Shown piece by piece: positions 24,821 through 39,082 of a stretch of DNA of 64,000 nt. The DNA is from Octopus sinensis (taxonomy: Eukaryota). Both the position numbers and the translations under genes were made by a program. The notes under the pieces are model-generated. The model was given only the letters and a program-made list of their open reading frames with translations, did no database searches and was not told where the DNA came from. The stretch is from assembly GCF_006345805.1 (NCBI RefSeq), contig NC_043016.1, forward strand, positions 744,001-808,000, in the 5' to 3' direction. Each line of letters starts with the position of its first letter. Positions within the stretch are counted from its first letter, which is position 1.

Positions 24821-25643
24821 TCACTATATCAGCAACTACAAAAATCTGCAAGAACTGAAGATTTAAAGGACACGACAAGATGCTTTCCTTCACAGTCTTG
24901 CTACCAGGTAAATGGCCGGTCAAACTACTCTACATTAAGAAAAGAAAGAGTAGAACATCCATTTATGAATTCATTTATACACGCATACTCACACACACGC
25001 GCATACATATATAGTACATGCACACACCCGCATACATACATACTTACATACATAGTGTGTGTTGTATTTTGCACAGCCATACTGTCAATTGAAATACTAT
25101 GGTTATATTTTATTTCAGTTTGTTAATCAATTAAATAGATAATTAGCTAATTAATTGCATAAATTAATGATTAATTGCTTAATTGCTTTTTTTTTAATCT
25201 TCGTCTCATCTTGCGTCGCTATCGATAACGATCCATCGCTAATGCCCCTTCTCCATGCTAGTACGCATTTTTTTTATTCTTCTGTTTTGCTTTTTCTTAT
25301 TTGAACTTTTGTCTCTGCTTAGTAATATTAATCAATAAGTTATCTAGTTATCTGATAATAAAAGCTGAAGTGAAATGCAATCAGTGTGTGTGTTTAATTG
25401 ACAACAGATTCCTACCGAAGTTCAACTGTATATCATTGAAATACCTGATTCCGTATCAAGAGTATGGTGAAAAATATAAAGATCGGAAGAACAATAAATA
25501 TATCTATAGATATATCAGACACACAAACACACACACACATACACATACACACACGTACACACATACTCACACACGCATATGTGCACATGTATACATACAC
25601 ATATTATGCATACAGTATATACATATATTCACATATATATGTG

Positions 25644-25683
<40 letters not shown>

Positions 25684-25742
25684 ATATATGCATACATATA
25701 TATATATATTATATTATATATATATATATTATATAAATAATC

Positions 25743-25774
<32 letters not shown>

Positions 25775-26867
25775 ACATTCATGCATATATACACCGTTTT
25801 CATTTTATATCTGAATTAATACATCTTTCTCTTCCTCTCACTTACACTTAATGTCTCTCTATTTATAGCCACCTATCACTCTCTCAATCTATACATTTAC
25901 CTACATATATATCAACTATACATATCTTCACAATTGCATAAAATATTTCTTTCATTTTCTTTATTTGTTGCTATTATTTTCAAACAGTTTCTCGTTGAAG
26001 CCATTCTTGCTGTTAAATCGTTACTGTTGATATTGTTTAAAATTAATGGCTAGCATTAATTCTTCGGCTTGTTTTATCTTTTAAATGTATCAGAACCAGT
26101 TTATTATTGCAATAACAGGTGGAAATTACGAATGCAAATATTTTATTCTTGGAGAGAATAAAAAGAAACTAATTTCCATTTTAAAACATAATTATGTTCT
26201 AGAATTTATTTAACACACAATATTTGCCACTTCCATCAATAGATTCTGAGAATGATCTGCAGAAGTTTCACAATCATAGCTTAATTAATTTCGTCTCGTT
26301 ATATATTCTGTATATATTCTGAAACTGTCTGTTGCAGCAATAGTGCTTACTGGTGGTCTTAAATGTAATGTCAGTCAACTGGCAATGTTGTGATAGCAAA
26401 TAGAACTTAACTCCTGACGAGTCGCTACTGGGTGCCTCTACGTGTCGTTTGAACAGATAAAGTTAGCTGACAATTCTCCCTCAAAATACGTCCCATCTAT
26501 ATTGGCTTTGTGACAAAAAAAGGACACGATGAACGAATAAGATAATGGTGGTGAGAACGCCTTTGCTTATGCCTGCTTGAGGAAAACTATCGGAAGATAA
26601 ACGAAAGCAACAACAACAATTATTAAACGTATAGCGAGCTAGTGCGGGTAAGTCTACGCGGTTTATTAAACTGTTAGGCATTGCAATATGCTTACACATA
26701 AGATGAAGTGCATCTATGTATGCTAAAGGAAAAGAAAAACGATAATACTTGTTATTGGAATAGCTTTGCGCGTGAATTCCTCAGGTATTGAGAAGGACAA
26801 GAACAATAACATCAGCAAGAGAAAAGGGAATTTCTGACGGAAGGACGAAATCAAATGATTAATATTT

Positions 26868-27100
26868 GTTTCTTTATCACCCACAAGAGGCTAAACACAG
26901 AGGGGACAAACAAGGACAGACAAACGAATTAAGTCGATTATATCGACCCCAGTGCGTAAAGAGTACTTAATATATCGACCCAGAAAGGATGAAAAGCAAA
27001 GTCGACCTCGGCGGAATTTGAACTCAGAACGTAACGGCAGACGAAATACGGCTACCCATTTCGACCGGCGTGCTGACGGTTCTACCAGCTCGCCGCCTTT
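26868..27100 (-). mobile_element. SINE family A, long-tailed variant, full length
   Basis: Perfect 15-bp TSD AAATGATTAATATTT at 26853-26867 and 27101-27115. Confidence 0.9.
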
Positions 27101-27592
27101 AAATGATTAATATTTCAGACTGAGAGATTAGCGTGAATGTGAAATGGACTCGGCTCTTGTCTACAACTGGTGTCTACTCCATTGAAGAATTGTCAAAAAG
27201 ACAAGGAAGATCCAATTCTCTGAAGAAGGCCTCACTTGCAAAAAAAACGAATTCTCTCTATATCTTTCCGTTAACTTTCATTGTGATCCATATTTTGTCT
27301 CCATGTCTTGCCCCTACTATTCCACTAAGCATAAAGTGTAAACAGTTACAAATTTGGTAATATTTTTGGCTCTCTTTCTTCTACAAGTTCTATTTCCATT
27401 ACTTCCCTTTACCTTTATAAATGGTATCACTCGAAACGCAAGTTTCACTTTTCTTTCAATTGTCGTATTTATAAACTTATTTGTTTTATTTTTATTATTT
27501 TATTATTTGTGTATTTTCATTATCATTGTATGAATTCATTAATCTTTTTGTGTGTATAATATGTAAAGTCTTTCCTAGCACTTGTAATACTC

Positions 27593-27654
<62 letters not shown>

Positions 27655-27767
27655 GGTATGTATGAACGTATGTATGTATGTATGTATATACCGGTTATGG
27701 GTTCCTGCATGTGGCTAGCGGGATTTTCTCAATGGCACGCCTAACTAGAAATTACCTCAATTTTCTT

Positions 27768-27854
<87 letters not shown>

Positions 27855-29244
27855 GAGAGAGAGATCATATAGGAATATGTGTATGGATGTCAGATGCAGG
27901 TGACAATGCACCCGAAATCATTAAGATTTATTTACTTGAAGGGAAACAATCTCACAGTTTTCTTATATTTAAAAGTAATGGGAAATGAAGAAACGAGTAG
28001 CTATTTCCAGTTCTCCTCAATATATTTTTATCTTTATCATTTAAAAAAAAAATTTTGTTTCTTCAATCTCCTTTAAAACAATATTTTTTTGTCTCTCCCA
28101 CATCATTTTAATAAACTTTGCGTTTATGTCTTCCAACTCGCATGCCTTTCTCTGTCTACTATCACCGGCTTTATATGAGTTTTAGTGCACAGACTGAACG
28201 TTTATGGATAAGTAGATATTGCTCGTATGCTTTACACTGAAAGTAGGGAAAATCTAGCTACATTATTTCAGGAGTAATGCCCATCTGGAACCATATATTT
28301 CTATTCTTTGAAATGAAAGATGCTTATTCACATATTTGTTATCCTTAACGCAATTACGCTGGGCAACCATTTTAATTTTTTTCATTTGTCTTCAGCTGAG
28401 GAGGCAAATTATGAGTATTATGCTGTGAAACACTCAGAACTTGAGTAATCCGTATTTCTTACATGAAATCAATGGCACACTGCACATATATATGTCTGCA
28501 TGATATTCACTATAAAATATTTCACTCTTTATGGATATTGAGTTTTTTTTTTTTTCACTCCTTGTTGACTTATAAAATACTATACACATAAACATCTCTC
28601 AATGTATCTAACGAATAAATATGCCAGTTCCATTGAAATGCTGCTGTAAACTGAAATATCGAGGATACAATATTATGTAGACTACTTTGTCATAAAATGC
28701 TTTTAATATTTAACTCAAAATTTGAAAAACTCCACCAGATAGTTAAATAGCTAAAATGTTAACATCTTATGCCACACCGCCAAGTCGTTGTTATAGTATT
28801 CACTGATCCAGATAGTACACCCTCTCCTTTATTAGATCAAATTTTTCTTTCTCTGCACAATCCTTATTCACACTTGTCCCTTAAAAATACGCCATAGCAC
28901 GCATGTACGCACAAAGTTATAGCCTATTATCAAGTGCTGTAGTTTGAACATGATGCTGCACTCCATCCGACATTTGAATATTGACCTAACTTATATTTTT
29001 TTTTGGCTCTCATTCCTTTCTTTCTTCTATTTGTCATTTGTTCGACAAAGCTTCAGAGAAGGCTGAGGGAATCATCCGCTTCGAGGAAATAAATAAAACT
29101 CACTACATGTATTACATAGAATTCCCTTACATCTTGTATATACATATATATGTGTGTATATGTGTTTATGTACCTATATATATATATCCTGCCAAAGACT
29201 GAAACAAGTAAAAGAATAAAAGAATATATATATATATATATATA

Positions 29245-29425
29245 TATTCTTTTACTTGTTTCAGTCATTTTGCCTTTAGTCGAGCAAATCGACCCCAGGA
29301 CTTATTCTTTGTAAGCCTAGTACTAATTCTATCGGGCTCTTTTGCCGAACCCCTAGGTTACGGGGACATAAACACACCAGCATCGGTTGTCAAGCGATGT
29401 TGGGCGGACGAACACAGATACACAA

Positions 29426-29461
<36 letters not shown>

Positions 29462-29648
29462 TTATATATATATATACATATATACGACGACCTGCTTTCA
29501 GTTTCCGTCTACCAAATCCACTCACAAGGTTTTGGTCGGCCCCAGACTTTAGTAGAAGACACTGGCCCAAGATGACACGCAGTGGGACTGAACCCGGAAG
29601 CATGTGGTTGGTAAACAAGCGACTTACCACACAGTCACTCCTACGCCA
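29245..29648 (-). mobile_element. tRNA-derived SINE family B (core GTGAGTGGATTTGGTAGACGGAAACTGAAAG; possibly Nin/Deu-domain-like)
   Basis: Reverse complement of the copy at 34315-34736. The superfamily label is from memory. Confidence 0.85.
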
Positions 29649-30685
29649 CTCCTATATATATATATATATATATATAGGGGTGGCGTATATATATATATAT
29701 ATATAGTTTTACTTTTGCTTGCTTTTGTACAAAATATAAAGATATTTAATAAGTTGCATGCGTTGATAACATTTCAAGCTTCTACTTCCATTATCTATAC
29801 GCACGTATATCTATATATATTATGTCACTAAATGTTATGCTTTTCGCTTTTATCGATATCTTGCATAGAGGTTATTTCCAGTATAATTATGAAATATCTA
29901 CTCGTATATGTGTGTGCGCGTGTGCGTGCGTGTGTGCATGTGTGTGTTTGAATATGTGCATGAGTGCGTGTGTACATGCATGCATGGAGGCAAGTCGCCT
30001 CATAATTAAGTTGTAGGTATGAGATCGTTACCTCGTGTATTCGATTATAGTACTGTTGTGCGTGGTAGATTTAGAACGAAAAACTTCAAGTTCATCCGGG
30101 ACACTCAGCTGAAAATGGGCTCCAGTGTGAGATCTCGAACATTTCATGTTTCAGTCATTAGAAGATTAAGAGGATGTCTGCGTTTGTTCATAAAGACATG
30201 ATCACCTAAGACAATTAGAAAAAGCAACTTAGTTTAATTAGTCGTAACTTAGTTTAATTATGTATACATACAAGTTCACACATACATATATGTCATTCCC
30301 GGAATAAGCTTTTTGTTAAAAATTCTATTTATAATTATACGTTATAACTATTTGATTACTGTGAGGTCGTTAGTGTTACTTCTCGGGCAGCGTTTATATT
30401 TTTAAAGTTGTTCACACTACCAGCTAGAGTAGTACTGCCCAGGTGTCGAAACCACAGTGATAACCGTTTAGCAGCTAATGATGAGTATACTATTTTTGTT
30501 ATCCTTGATTGTGAATTGCTCATAATTTAGTCACCTTATTCTCAGTTGTCATTCATTCTAATAAAGCGGAAAGTGTTTACGGATTAATAGTTTGTTAGAA
30601 TCGTTTACTTCGGCATTATGTGATTTTTGTCATAGGTGATATAATTAGACTTAGATAATGGTAAGATACTGGTGTCTAGTTTTGG

Positions 30686-30755
30686 AAAGTTCTGTGACAT
30701 ATGTACACACACCCACACACAGACACACGCATGCATATACATATATATCATATAC

Positions 30756-30813
<58 letters not shown>

Positions 30814-30877
30814 TATATATATATATGTATATGCATGCGTGTGTCTGTGTGTGTGTGTACATATGTCACAGAACTTT
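30686..30877. repeat. Foldback of ~60-bp flanking sequence centred on (TA)n
   Basis: aaagttctgtgacatatgtacacac... is mirrored by ...gtgtgtacatatgtcacagaacttt. Confidence 0.9.
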
Positions 30878-31234
30878 GATTTTGATTTTTCCAGTTCCAG
30901 CTCATGAGCTGTGGCCATGCTGGGGCACCGCCATTTATATATATATATTTATATATTTATATATATATATAAGCTAGTGTTTATTCAAAGCAATAAATAG
31001 CTTATGACGAAACCATGATATGTTTTGCTCTCTGGTTTTTAATCATCTCATAATAATGACTTTTATGACTTTTATTACTACCTCAGTCCATCTAAATGTA
31101 TATATCTGTCATTACCTTTCATAAAAAGCCTTTTCTTTTTTTATTTACAATGTGCATTTTCGTTGATTTTTCTTATTTTCCCCTTAGATTTTCACGTGTA
31201 TTTTATATTTTCTTTTTGTAACATATTTCTACTA

Positions 31235-31302
<68 letters not shown>

Positions 31303-32267
31303 GGCATGTATGTATGCGTGTACGTATGTACGTATACATATAAACACTTACATATACATATGCATAAATATGTACAAGGGATATAGTTAATCGAAAGAAA
31401 CCCAAAGTAATGAGTAAAGATAACATGGGAACAAAAACGTGATCATTATTATTGAAGCTCTTTTATAATGTATGATGACCAATGCCCATTGTACGATGGC
31501 CAGTGTCTTTGCCAACATCTTGCTAAAACACTTATTGATATTAAATAAAGCAATAGAGTAATATATAATATATATTTACACGTTTCTTTCCAAATTTCAC
31601 AGATACAATAATCGCTTATCACTTTATAATTCAGAACGTTACAAAACGATAAATCTTCATATACTTTCTCACTAAATATCTTTAATTCTGACATTTTAAG
31701 ACATTATTAAGATACTACTTAATAGTTATTTTTATTTTCTTTCAAAACCAAAACATTGTATAAAAAAAAGAGAATGAAAATAAGTAAAAAGTAAGAAACA
31801 GTTTATTGACTCGTATTTTTAAATTTATATATTTATTACGATTTTTTCTCTCTGCTTCTTCTCATTTCTCTCTCTCTCTCTTTCGCTCTCTCTCTCTCTC
31901 TCTTTCACACACACTCTCTCTCTCCTCATACCCTCTCTCTGTCTCTCGTTATATATATATATACACATGTGTGTGTGTGTGCGCGTGTGTTTTGTCTGCT
32001 TGTATGCATATGTATATAAATTTTTACAATGCACCAAGTGGAAAACAATAGTTAAAAAAGAACTACATACTTCAGATAGAAGTACAGTTCAGCAATATAT
32101 AATAAAACTGAGAAAATTTAAGAATACTATTTATGTCTTGTTTCATCTTTCGTATTCGTGTCTCGGGAGACAAGATTTCCAATGATTTTTATACACATGC
32201 ATATACATTCATGTATGTGTATATGTGTTTGTCCGTCTGTCTCTCTATCTAGTCATCTATCTATCAG

Positions 32268-32353
<86 letters not shown>

Positions 32354-32356
32354 ATC

Positions 32357-32400
<44 letters not shown>

Positions 32401-32869
32401 CTCTGTCGGTCTGTATATCTATTCATCTATCTATCAATGCATGCGCTATGTATGTACGCTTGTATCTATGTCCATCAAGCAAATCCGTCCATTTTCGCCT
32501 CCCATGTGAGTGTTATAGTGTGCGTTTGGCCTCCTTCATGGAGTCCTATAAGAATCAACCGTCATTATACTTTCTGGTAAGATTCTAAACCTTGATTAAT
32601 CGAGACTGTGAATCTTATTACTGTATTCATAGATTACATTATGGCAAAAATCCATTATGGCGAAAAAGTTCGCCAAACTGCATGGTGGAACAAATGAAAT
32701 TATTAAGAATAATAGAAATTATAAAGGATAATATTTAAAAACATATCTTATTAATCAAATCGCCTTTTTATTTAGTTTGTAGTCTTGGCTGGTGGTACAA
32801 GGAGAATATAAGTTAAACAATAAAAGAAAAAAAGATATGTGTGCGTATATATTCATTGTTTTACTCGCG

Positions 32870-34110
32870 AGAATTCACGAGAATCTCCGTGAATTAAATG
32901 AAAATGTGTTTTCCAAAATCGTGGCGAACACCTTTCCCCATATGATCGGTTAGAAAAATTAAGACATATTCCAAATTTTCTTAATATGAAATTTCAAATT
33001 TTTTAACATATTCCAAATTTTCTTAAGTCAAAGATAAAGAAATTATGTCCACCAATGCAGTATGGAACACTTAATTTTTTTATCGTTCGACAGACTATAA
33101 TGCTGGATTAGAAATGTTCAATTTTAAGAAAAGCTTATAATACGTTGAACTAGATATAAATAGATCAAAAGACGCAGGTAGAGTAAAATTTTATCGTCTA
33201 AGTCACAGTATAGCATGAATGTAGCTGCTAACATATCTAGGAAACTCTTGAAATTAATAGACACTTTCCACATACACACAAATACCACAAGATCTTCAAC
33301 AGCAACACTGATAAAGTCAGCTATAATTGCCTCCCCAATATAGGATAAATAATACACAATAACAATAAATATAAAGTCACAAGAAACACCCACGAAAGTC
33401 AATACAATTGTAGATCCCCAAATCACTGCTCTCTAAACAAGTGAATCAAGAAAGAACTCGTATCACGGATCACGGATCCGAAAATAGTAGCAATGACGTT
33501 TATCGGAATGACGGGCAACTCGTTCAAGGAAATGTGTACACAACACCTGACAACATTGAGAGACGAAAATAAAAAAAATGTGACATCCCTGGCAAATATG
33601 ATATGGACATTGAAAAGAGGCATAAGGAAGCAATATTTTACACTCAAAGAAGAGCTACCATCTGCGACGTTAGCCCCACCGGGATAGCCCCTACACTGAA
33701 CTGGAAAGCTGAACATACATAGCACACAAACTCAACACACAGAAGAAATATACTCCAATGGTGAACTACCTCAGCACACAAGTATAAGAACATCACATCC
33801 AGAAAAATAAAACAAACAAAATAATGCAAACAAATTGACCACCTAACAGTATGGCCAAAAGACAAATCCAAGGAAGACAAACATTCAAAAGATGGCACTC
33901 TTCTTTTATACACGAGAATCTCCGCGAACTAAACGAGATTGTGTTTTTCAAAATGGACGCAATCGCCTTACTCTATATGATCGGCTTGAAAAATTAAGTC
34001 ACTAGGATATATTCCTAATTTTCTTAACATAAAACTAATGGTAGCCTTACTTCACAGATAAAGAAAATATATCCACCGATGCAGATTTGAACGCTCATTT
34101 TCATCGTTCC
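32870..34110 (+). mobile_element. Penelope-like element 3' fragment (linker + GIY-YIG) between ~230-bp diverged direct repeats
   Basis: [23 protein letters not shown] from 33277. TFIGMTGNSFKEMCTQHLTTLRDENKKNVTSLANMIWTLK at about 33496-33615. Direct repeats at about 32875-33110 and 33910-34110. Confidence 0.8.
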
Positions 34111-34272
34111 ACATATACTTAAACGTATATATTATATATATATATAATGAGTATGTATGTATATATATGTGTGTGTGTATGTATATATATGTATATATAT
34201 ATATATATATATACATACTTATATACATACTTATATACATATATACATTATATATATATATATATATATATA

Positions 34273-34314
<42 letters not shown>

Positions 34315-34316
<2 letters not shown>

Positions 34317-34736
34317 CGCAGGAGTGGCTGTGTGGTAAGTAGCTTGCTAACCAACCTCATGGTTCCGGTTTCAGTCCCACTGCGTGGCATCTTGGCAAGT
34401 GTCTTCTGCTATAGCCCGGGCCGACCAATGCCTTGTGAGTGGATTTGGTAGACGGAAACTGAAAGAAGCCTGTCGTATATATGTATATATAATATATATA
34501 TATATATATATGTATGTGTGTTTGTGTGTCTGTGTTTGTCCCCCTAGCATTGCTTGACAACCGATGCTGGTGTGTTTACGTCCCCGTCACCTAGCGGTTC
34601 GGCAAAAAGAGCTCGATAGAATAAGTACTGGGCTTACAAAGAATAAGTGCCGGGGTCGATTTGCTCGACTAAAGGCGGTGCTCCAGCATGGCCGCAGTCA
34701 AATGACTGAAACAAGTAAAAGAGAAAGAGAAAGAGA
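34315..34736 (+). mobile_element. SINE family B, full length
   Basis: tRNA-like head ggcgcaggagtggctgtgtggtaag...ggtttcagtccc, conserved core, internal (TA)/(TG) tract and (AAAGAG)n tail. Confidence 0.9.
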
Positions 34737-34759
34737 TATATATAACATACATACATACA

Positions 34760-34794
<35 letters not shown>

Positions 34795-35461
34795 GGTGCT
34801 CTGAAAGTATTAAGATATGAACTCTCAGCTTCAAGGAAGAAACTGATAGAATGTTTATGAGATGATATCTTTATTAGGGGATATGCAACTTATGACATGT
34901 GACCGGAAATTTCATAATCATATTTTTTGTCTTTTTTTAGATATGTGTTTATCAATCATCTCACCTTCTACAAATTTGCAATTTTATCAAATCAAATTCC
35001 GTTCTTCAAGAGACATGTCAACTTGACCAAGATACAAATCAGTAACTTCCCTGTGTTAATCGAGAATATCAAATTTTATAATCATTATGGTGGTAACTGA
35101 AAATATATCTTATATTATAACTATATTTTATGACGCTGACTCTTCACATATACAGGTATTCCTCATTATAGAACTGTTGCGTTTCTAAGAAGCTTCTTCA
35201 GATGTAGAATTCAGATATGGAATACTATTTTCCATTTATATATATATATCTGTGTTTTTTTTAATGAACATTTAAATCAATGGGAAATAACTTTTCTTTC
35301 CGGCATTCCACATTTCGGTAAGGTTTTCAAGAACGCTTTCATTATGCAGCCGATTCCCTTACCCATTGTGGGTTCTGATCCACAAAAGAAAGACTTTGAA
35401 ATCTGGGACATTTATATTCTTAGAATGTTTAACCAGAGAAAATCTGGCATTTTTTTTTTAA

Positions 35462-35885
35462 TGTTTTGCTTGTTTCAATCATTGGACTGCTGCCATGCTG
35501 GGCAACCATCTTGAACTGCTTTTTAGTCCGATGAATCAAACCCAGTGTTTGTTTGTATTTTTTCTTTTTTTTTTTTTGCAAAGTTTGGTGCGTATTGGAT
35601 CCATATCCTCTGCCGAAATGCTAATTTACGAGGATGTAAACATACGAAAAACGCTTGTCAAGCGGTTGGAGACAAAGAAAAACAGATTCATACACGCGCA
35701 CGTGCACACACACAGACATACTGACATATAAACACAAATGCAAATATGTATATATATGACCGGTCTCCACACAGTTTTCATCTAGCAAATTCACTCACAA
35801 GCATTGACCGGCCCAGAGTTAGAATAGAAAACATTTGCCCAAAATATCGTGCTGTTGAATTGAACTTGAAATCGTCTATTTGTAA
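35462..35885 (-). mobile_element. Diverged SINE family B
   Basis: Loose match to family B tail and core. Confidence 0.7.
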
Positions 35886-36019
35886 TGCATATGCGTTCTT
35901 CATATAAGCCTCAATTTTATTTCATTCACGTTCAACACCTCTAAAAATTTTACAATAAAGTGGTTTGAAAATAATTTTGAAAATTTCAAAAACTAATTTG
36001 TGTGTGCGCGCGTGCATGC

Positions 36020-36450
36020 GTAGTCGAACCAATTCTACTATATTCTACTATATGGCTCAGAGACCTGGATGTTATCAAAGAAGCTTGAGAGGCGGTTGGA
36101 TGGAACTTACACTCGCCTCCTTATGAGAGCTCAAAATTTCTCGTGAAAGCTACATCCAACCAAAGTACAAATATATGGGAAGTTACCACCTGTATCATCT
36201 CTTGTGAAAGGTAGAAGAGTCCAGTTTGCTGGACATTGTTGTAGAGCTGAAAACGAGGTAATTTCTACTCTTCTCCTCATGAAGCCATCTACTCACGATA
36301 CCAGAGGGCGTACACTCTCCTACCCTGATGTAATCTCCAGGGATACAGGCATCCAGCAACAGAACCTCCATAATGCTATGATGGACCGTGAAGTCTGGCG
36401 TAACATAGTAAATTCCATTGTCTCGACCACGGTCGAACAATGATGAATGA
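36020..36450 (+). mobile_element. RTE-clade LINE 3' fragment
   Basis: YGSETWMLSKKLERRLDGTYTRLL...RRVQFAGHCCRAE...AMMDREVWRNIV, ending in a TGA-repeat tail. Confidence 0.85.
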
Positions 36451-36699
36451 CGGTGTATGTGTGTATAGAGGCAATTATGTGAATAATGAAATTAGATACA
36501 TTAAATATATTGAATATAATATGTTGGGTATGAAATACAAAATATGTATAAATGTATACATGCGAAACGAGAGAAAGCAAAAAGCGGAGTCTTCCAGATG
36601 ATGAATTTTTTTGGGTATAACTCTATAGATGTTTATACACAGAGTACAAACGATAGACACAGTTAAAAGGGTGGAAGAAAGGTATCATAAGTCTAACAG

Positions 36700-36960
36700 C
36701 TGTTTCTGGAGGCTCGAAGATCCATAATAATATTGGTAGCTGCAGTTCATTAGAATATGTGGCCGAATTAGATGCAATCAGCATTGGTTAAGTTGAGACC
36801 CCATCGTCAGGATAGAGATCTTACATTTCAGATCTTAATGCAGAGAAGTTCAAAGATGGAATGGTTAAATGTGGAGAGCTCTACACATTTAATTATTCCA
36901 TCTACCCATAAAACGTGTGATCCTCGCTTTTTGTAAATGTCTGATGAATTGTCCTTGAAC
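36700..36960 (-). pseudogene. Highly decayed APE endonuclease fragment (CR1/L2-like LINE)
   Basis: KKRGSHVLWVDGIIKCVELSTFNHSIFELLCIKI resembles the RGGGV...ELLWIKI segment of APE domains. Confidence 0.4.
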
Positions 36961-38394
36961 CTTTTCATAGACTTATGTTAAATTGTTTTTCGATCAAAAT
37001 GAAGCGTTCATTGATGGATTTGAGACATTGGTTACATTATGATTGTGGAAGGCACTGTAGCTGAATCGTGTACATGTAAGTTTTTCCAATCTGCTGCTAA
37101 TAATGGTACTCCGCTTTTTCACCACGATCAAACACAACAGAAGCTTTTAACTTCCTTTCTATGTTGTCAGTATTTATTGAACATATGTTTTGCAAGAGAA
37201 TGAATCATCAGCTTCATAACGTCTTTTGAAATACCCGTCTTCAACTTTTGTGATCTTTTCTTCATCAGTATTTTGGACAAAAGAATTTTTATCGTTGTAC
37301 ACTGACTCAGTTCCCACTTCTATTTAACATCACTGGTTGCCTTTTGATGTGATTGCATTTATATATCTTTTTTGTAAATTTGTGAAAGGTTTGTTGTTTG
37401 ACTAACTCACTTCTCAGGTGGATATGTAACACGTGAAGCTGTCAGAAGCTTCAAGAGCATGTTTTTGATATGTATGGTGGATTGTGAGTGTCCTTTTGGG
37501 GTGGGGGTCACAAGGTGAAGGCTAACTACATAATATGCATTCCTCCAATTTACTCCTAGCTCTTTTATAACCAGAACACTTCAAAGTAAACAACACCAGC
37601 GTAAATGTAGATAAATCAATATATTCCCCTTGCTATTTTACAAACAAAACAAAACTGAACGACCTGTAAGGTCACTCTTTTCAAAAAGTACATCCGGATT
37701 ATTGAATCGGATGACATTTTTATTCGTAAACTTTCAAAGCGGGCTCCAACGCAACTTTTTCAGGGATATGGTTTCCTTTCTTTCCAGTTTTTCATAAAAG
37801 TAGATTCAGTATTTTATGTCTCGTTTGGAAATGTAAGCTATTAGTATATGTTCATTTTAAAAAAAAGATTCGGACTTGTCTATTGGGAAGTTTGTTAAAG
37901 TTACATACACTGGAAAGTGTTCATGCCGGTGAAAAATTTAGACCTTGAAGTATTTTTTACTCAAACAACTGGGGAAACATTTGATTAAAAATAGAATGAA
38001 AACTCATGGAAATATTGGGTTTCTTAATTTGTGCCTAACAGAGCTATCATTTAAAATGATAACATGAAAGAAGTTGTACAAGATTGAAAGCAAAGTGAGC
38101 TTTTCATGGGGAAAAATGAAATAGCTAAATGTAGAAAAGGAACAATATAGTAGGAAATTTTGACCAGATCATCAAGTGTTTTTCTTTGAAGTAAGTATAT
38201 GAGAATATCCTAGTAAATACCAAATAATAATAGGGTTATTGTAGATGTAAATAAATTTTGGCATAAAACATGCAAGTAAGGGAATATACATAAAAACAAA
38301 ACTTGGATCAAAATATTTATAACAACATGTATATACGTGTGTATGTATATATGCACACACATATATGTGTATATATATATATATGTATGTATAT

Positions 38395-38426
<32 letters not shown>

Positions 38427-38896
38427 CATATGTATATATATATAGGTACATATATATATATGTGTGTGTGTGTGTGTACATATATATATATATAAATATA
38501 TACATATATATGTACATATATATATATACGCACACACACAAATATATATGAATATATAGATATAGATGTACATATACATATGTTTATGTGTACGTGTAGA
38601 TTCAGTTAATTGTTTATGTGCCTACATGCAGACATCAGTAAACATTTGCATTTGTTTTAGTTTGTATGTATATGTGCATGTATACGTAAGTAAGCAGTTT
38701 TTACCTACACTTAATGATATGTCGCTCCATCACACGGCTATATGGACCGATTATATGTCAGTTTTCAAATTTATGTGCTGTATCCACGTGACGTTAACAA
38801 GACACTTTTGTTAGCATCGGGTTGATCAATACACTCTGAGTGAAATTTTGTTCATAGGTACTGTGCTGTAACATAGATGAGGTTTAGTAACAGAAG

Positions 38897-38961
<65 letters not shown>

Positions 38962-39082
38962 CATACATACATACATACAAACATACATACATACACATAC
39001 ATACATACATACATACATACATACATGTATACATGCATGCATACATACACACACACATACACACAAACATATATATATATAT

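Noticed and set aside
24218-25126. 302-aa ORF, the longest in the track, and similar YI/HT/CV-rich ORFs elsewhere
   Set aside because: These are translations of (ATAC)n, (TA)n or (CA)n microsatellites, which lack stop codons; there is no domain content.
26411-26440. CTGACGA-GTCGCTA possible hammerhead start
   Set aside because: No downstream GAAA.
26540-26655. Strong donor G|GTAAGT with GKST-like and ankyrin-like peptides nearby
   Set aside because: All three frames contain stops shortly upstream.
35178-35204. Minus-strand CTGAAGA-agcttctta-GAAAC
   Set aside because: No stem II or stem I pairing and no NUH triplet.
36700-36910. Apparent + strand exons (donor G|GTAAGT at 36789, acceptor at 36832)
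   Set aside because: The implied intron is only 44 bp, and the region is better explained as antisense of a decayed endonuclease.
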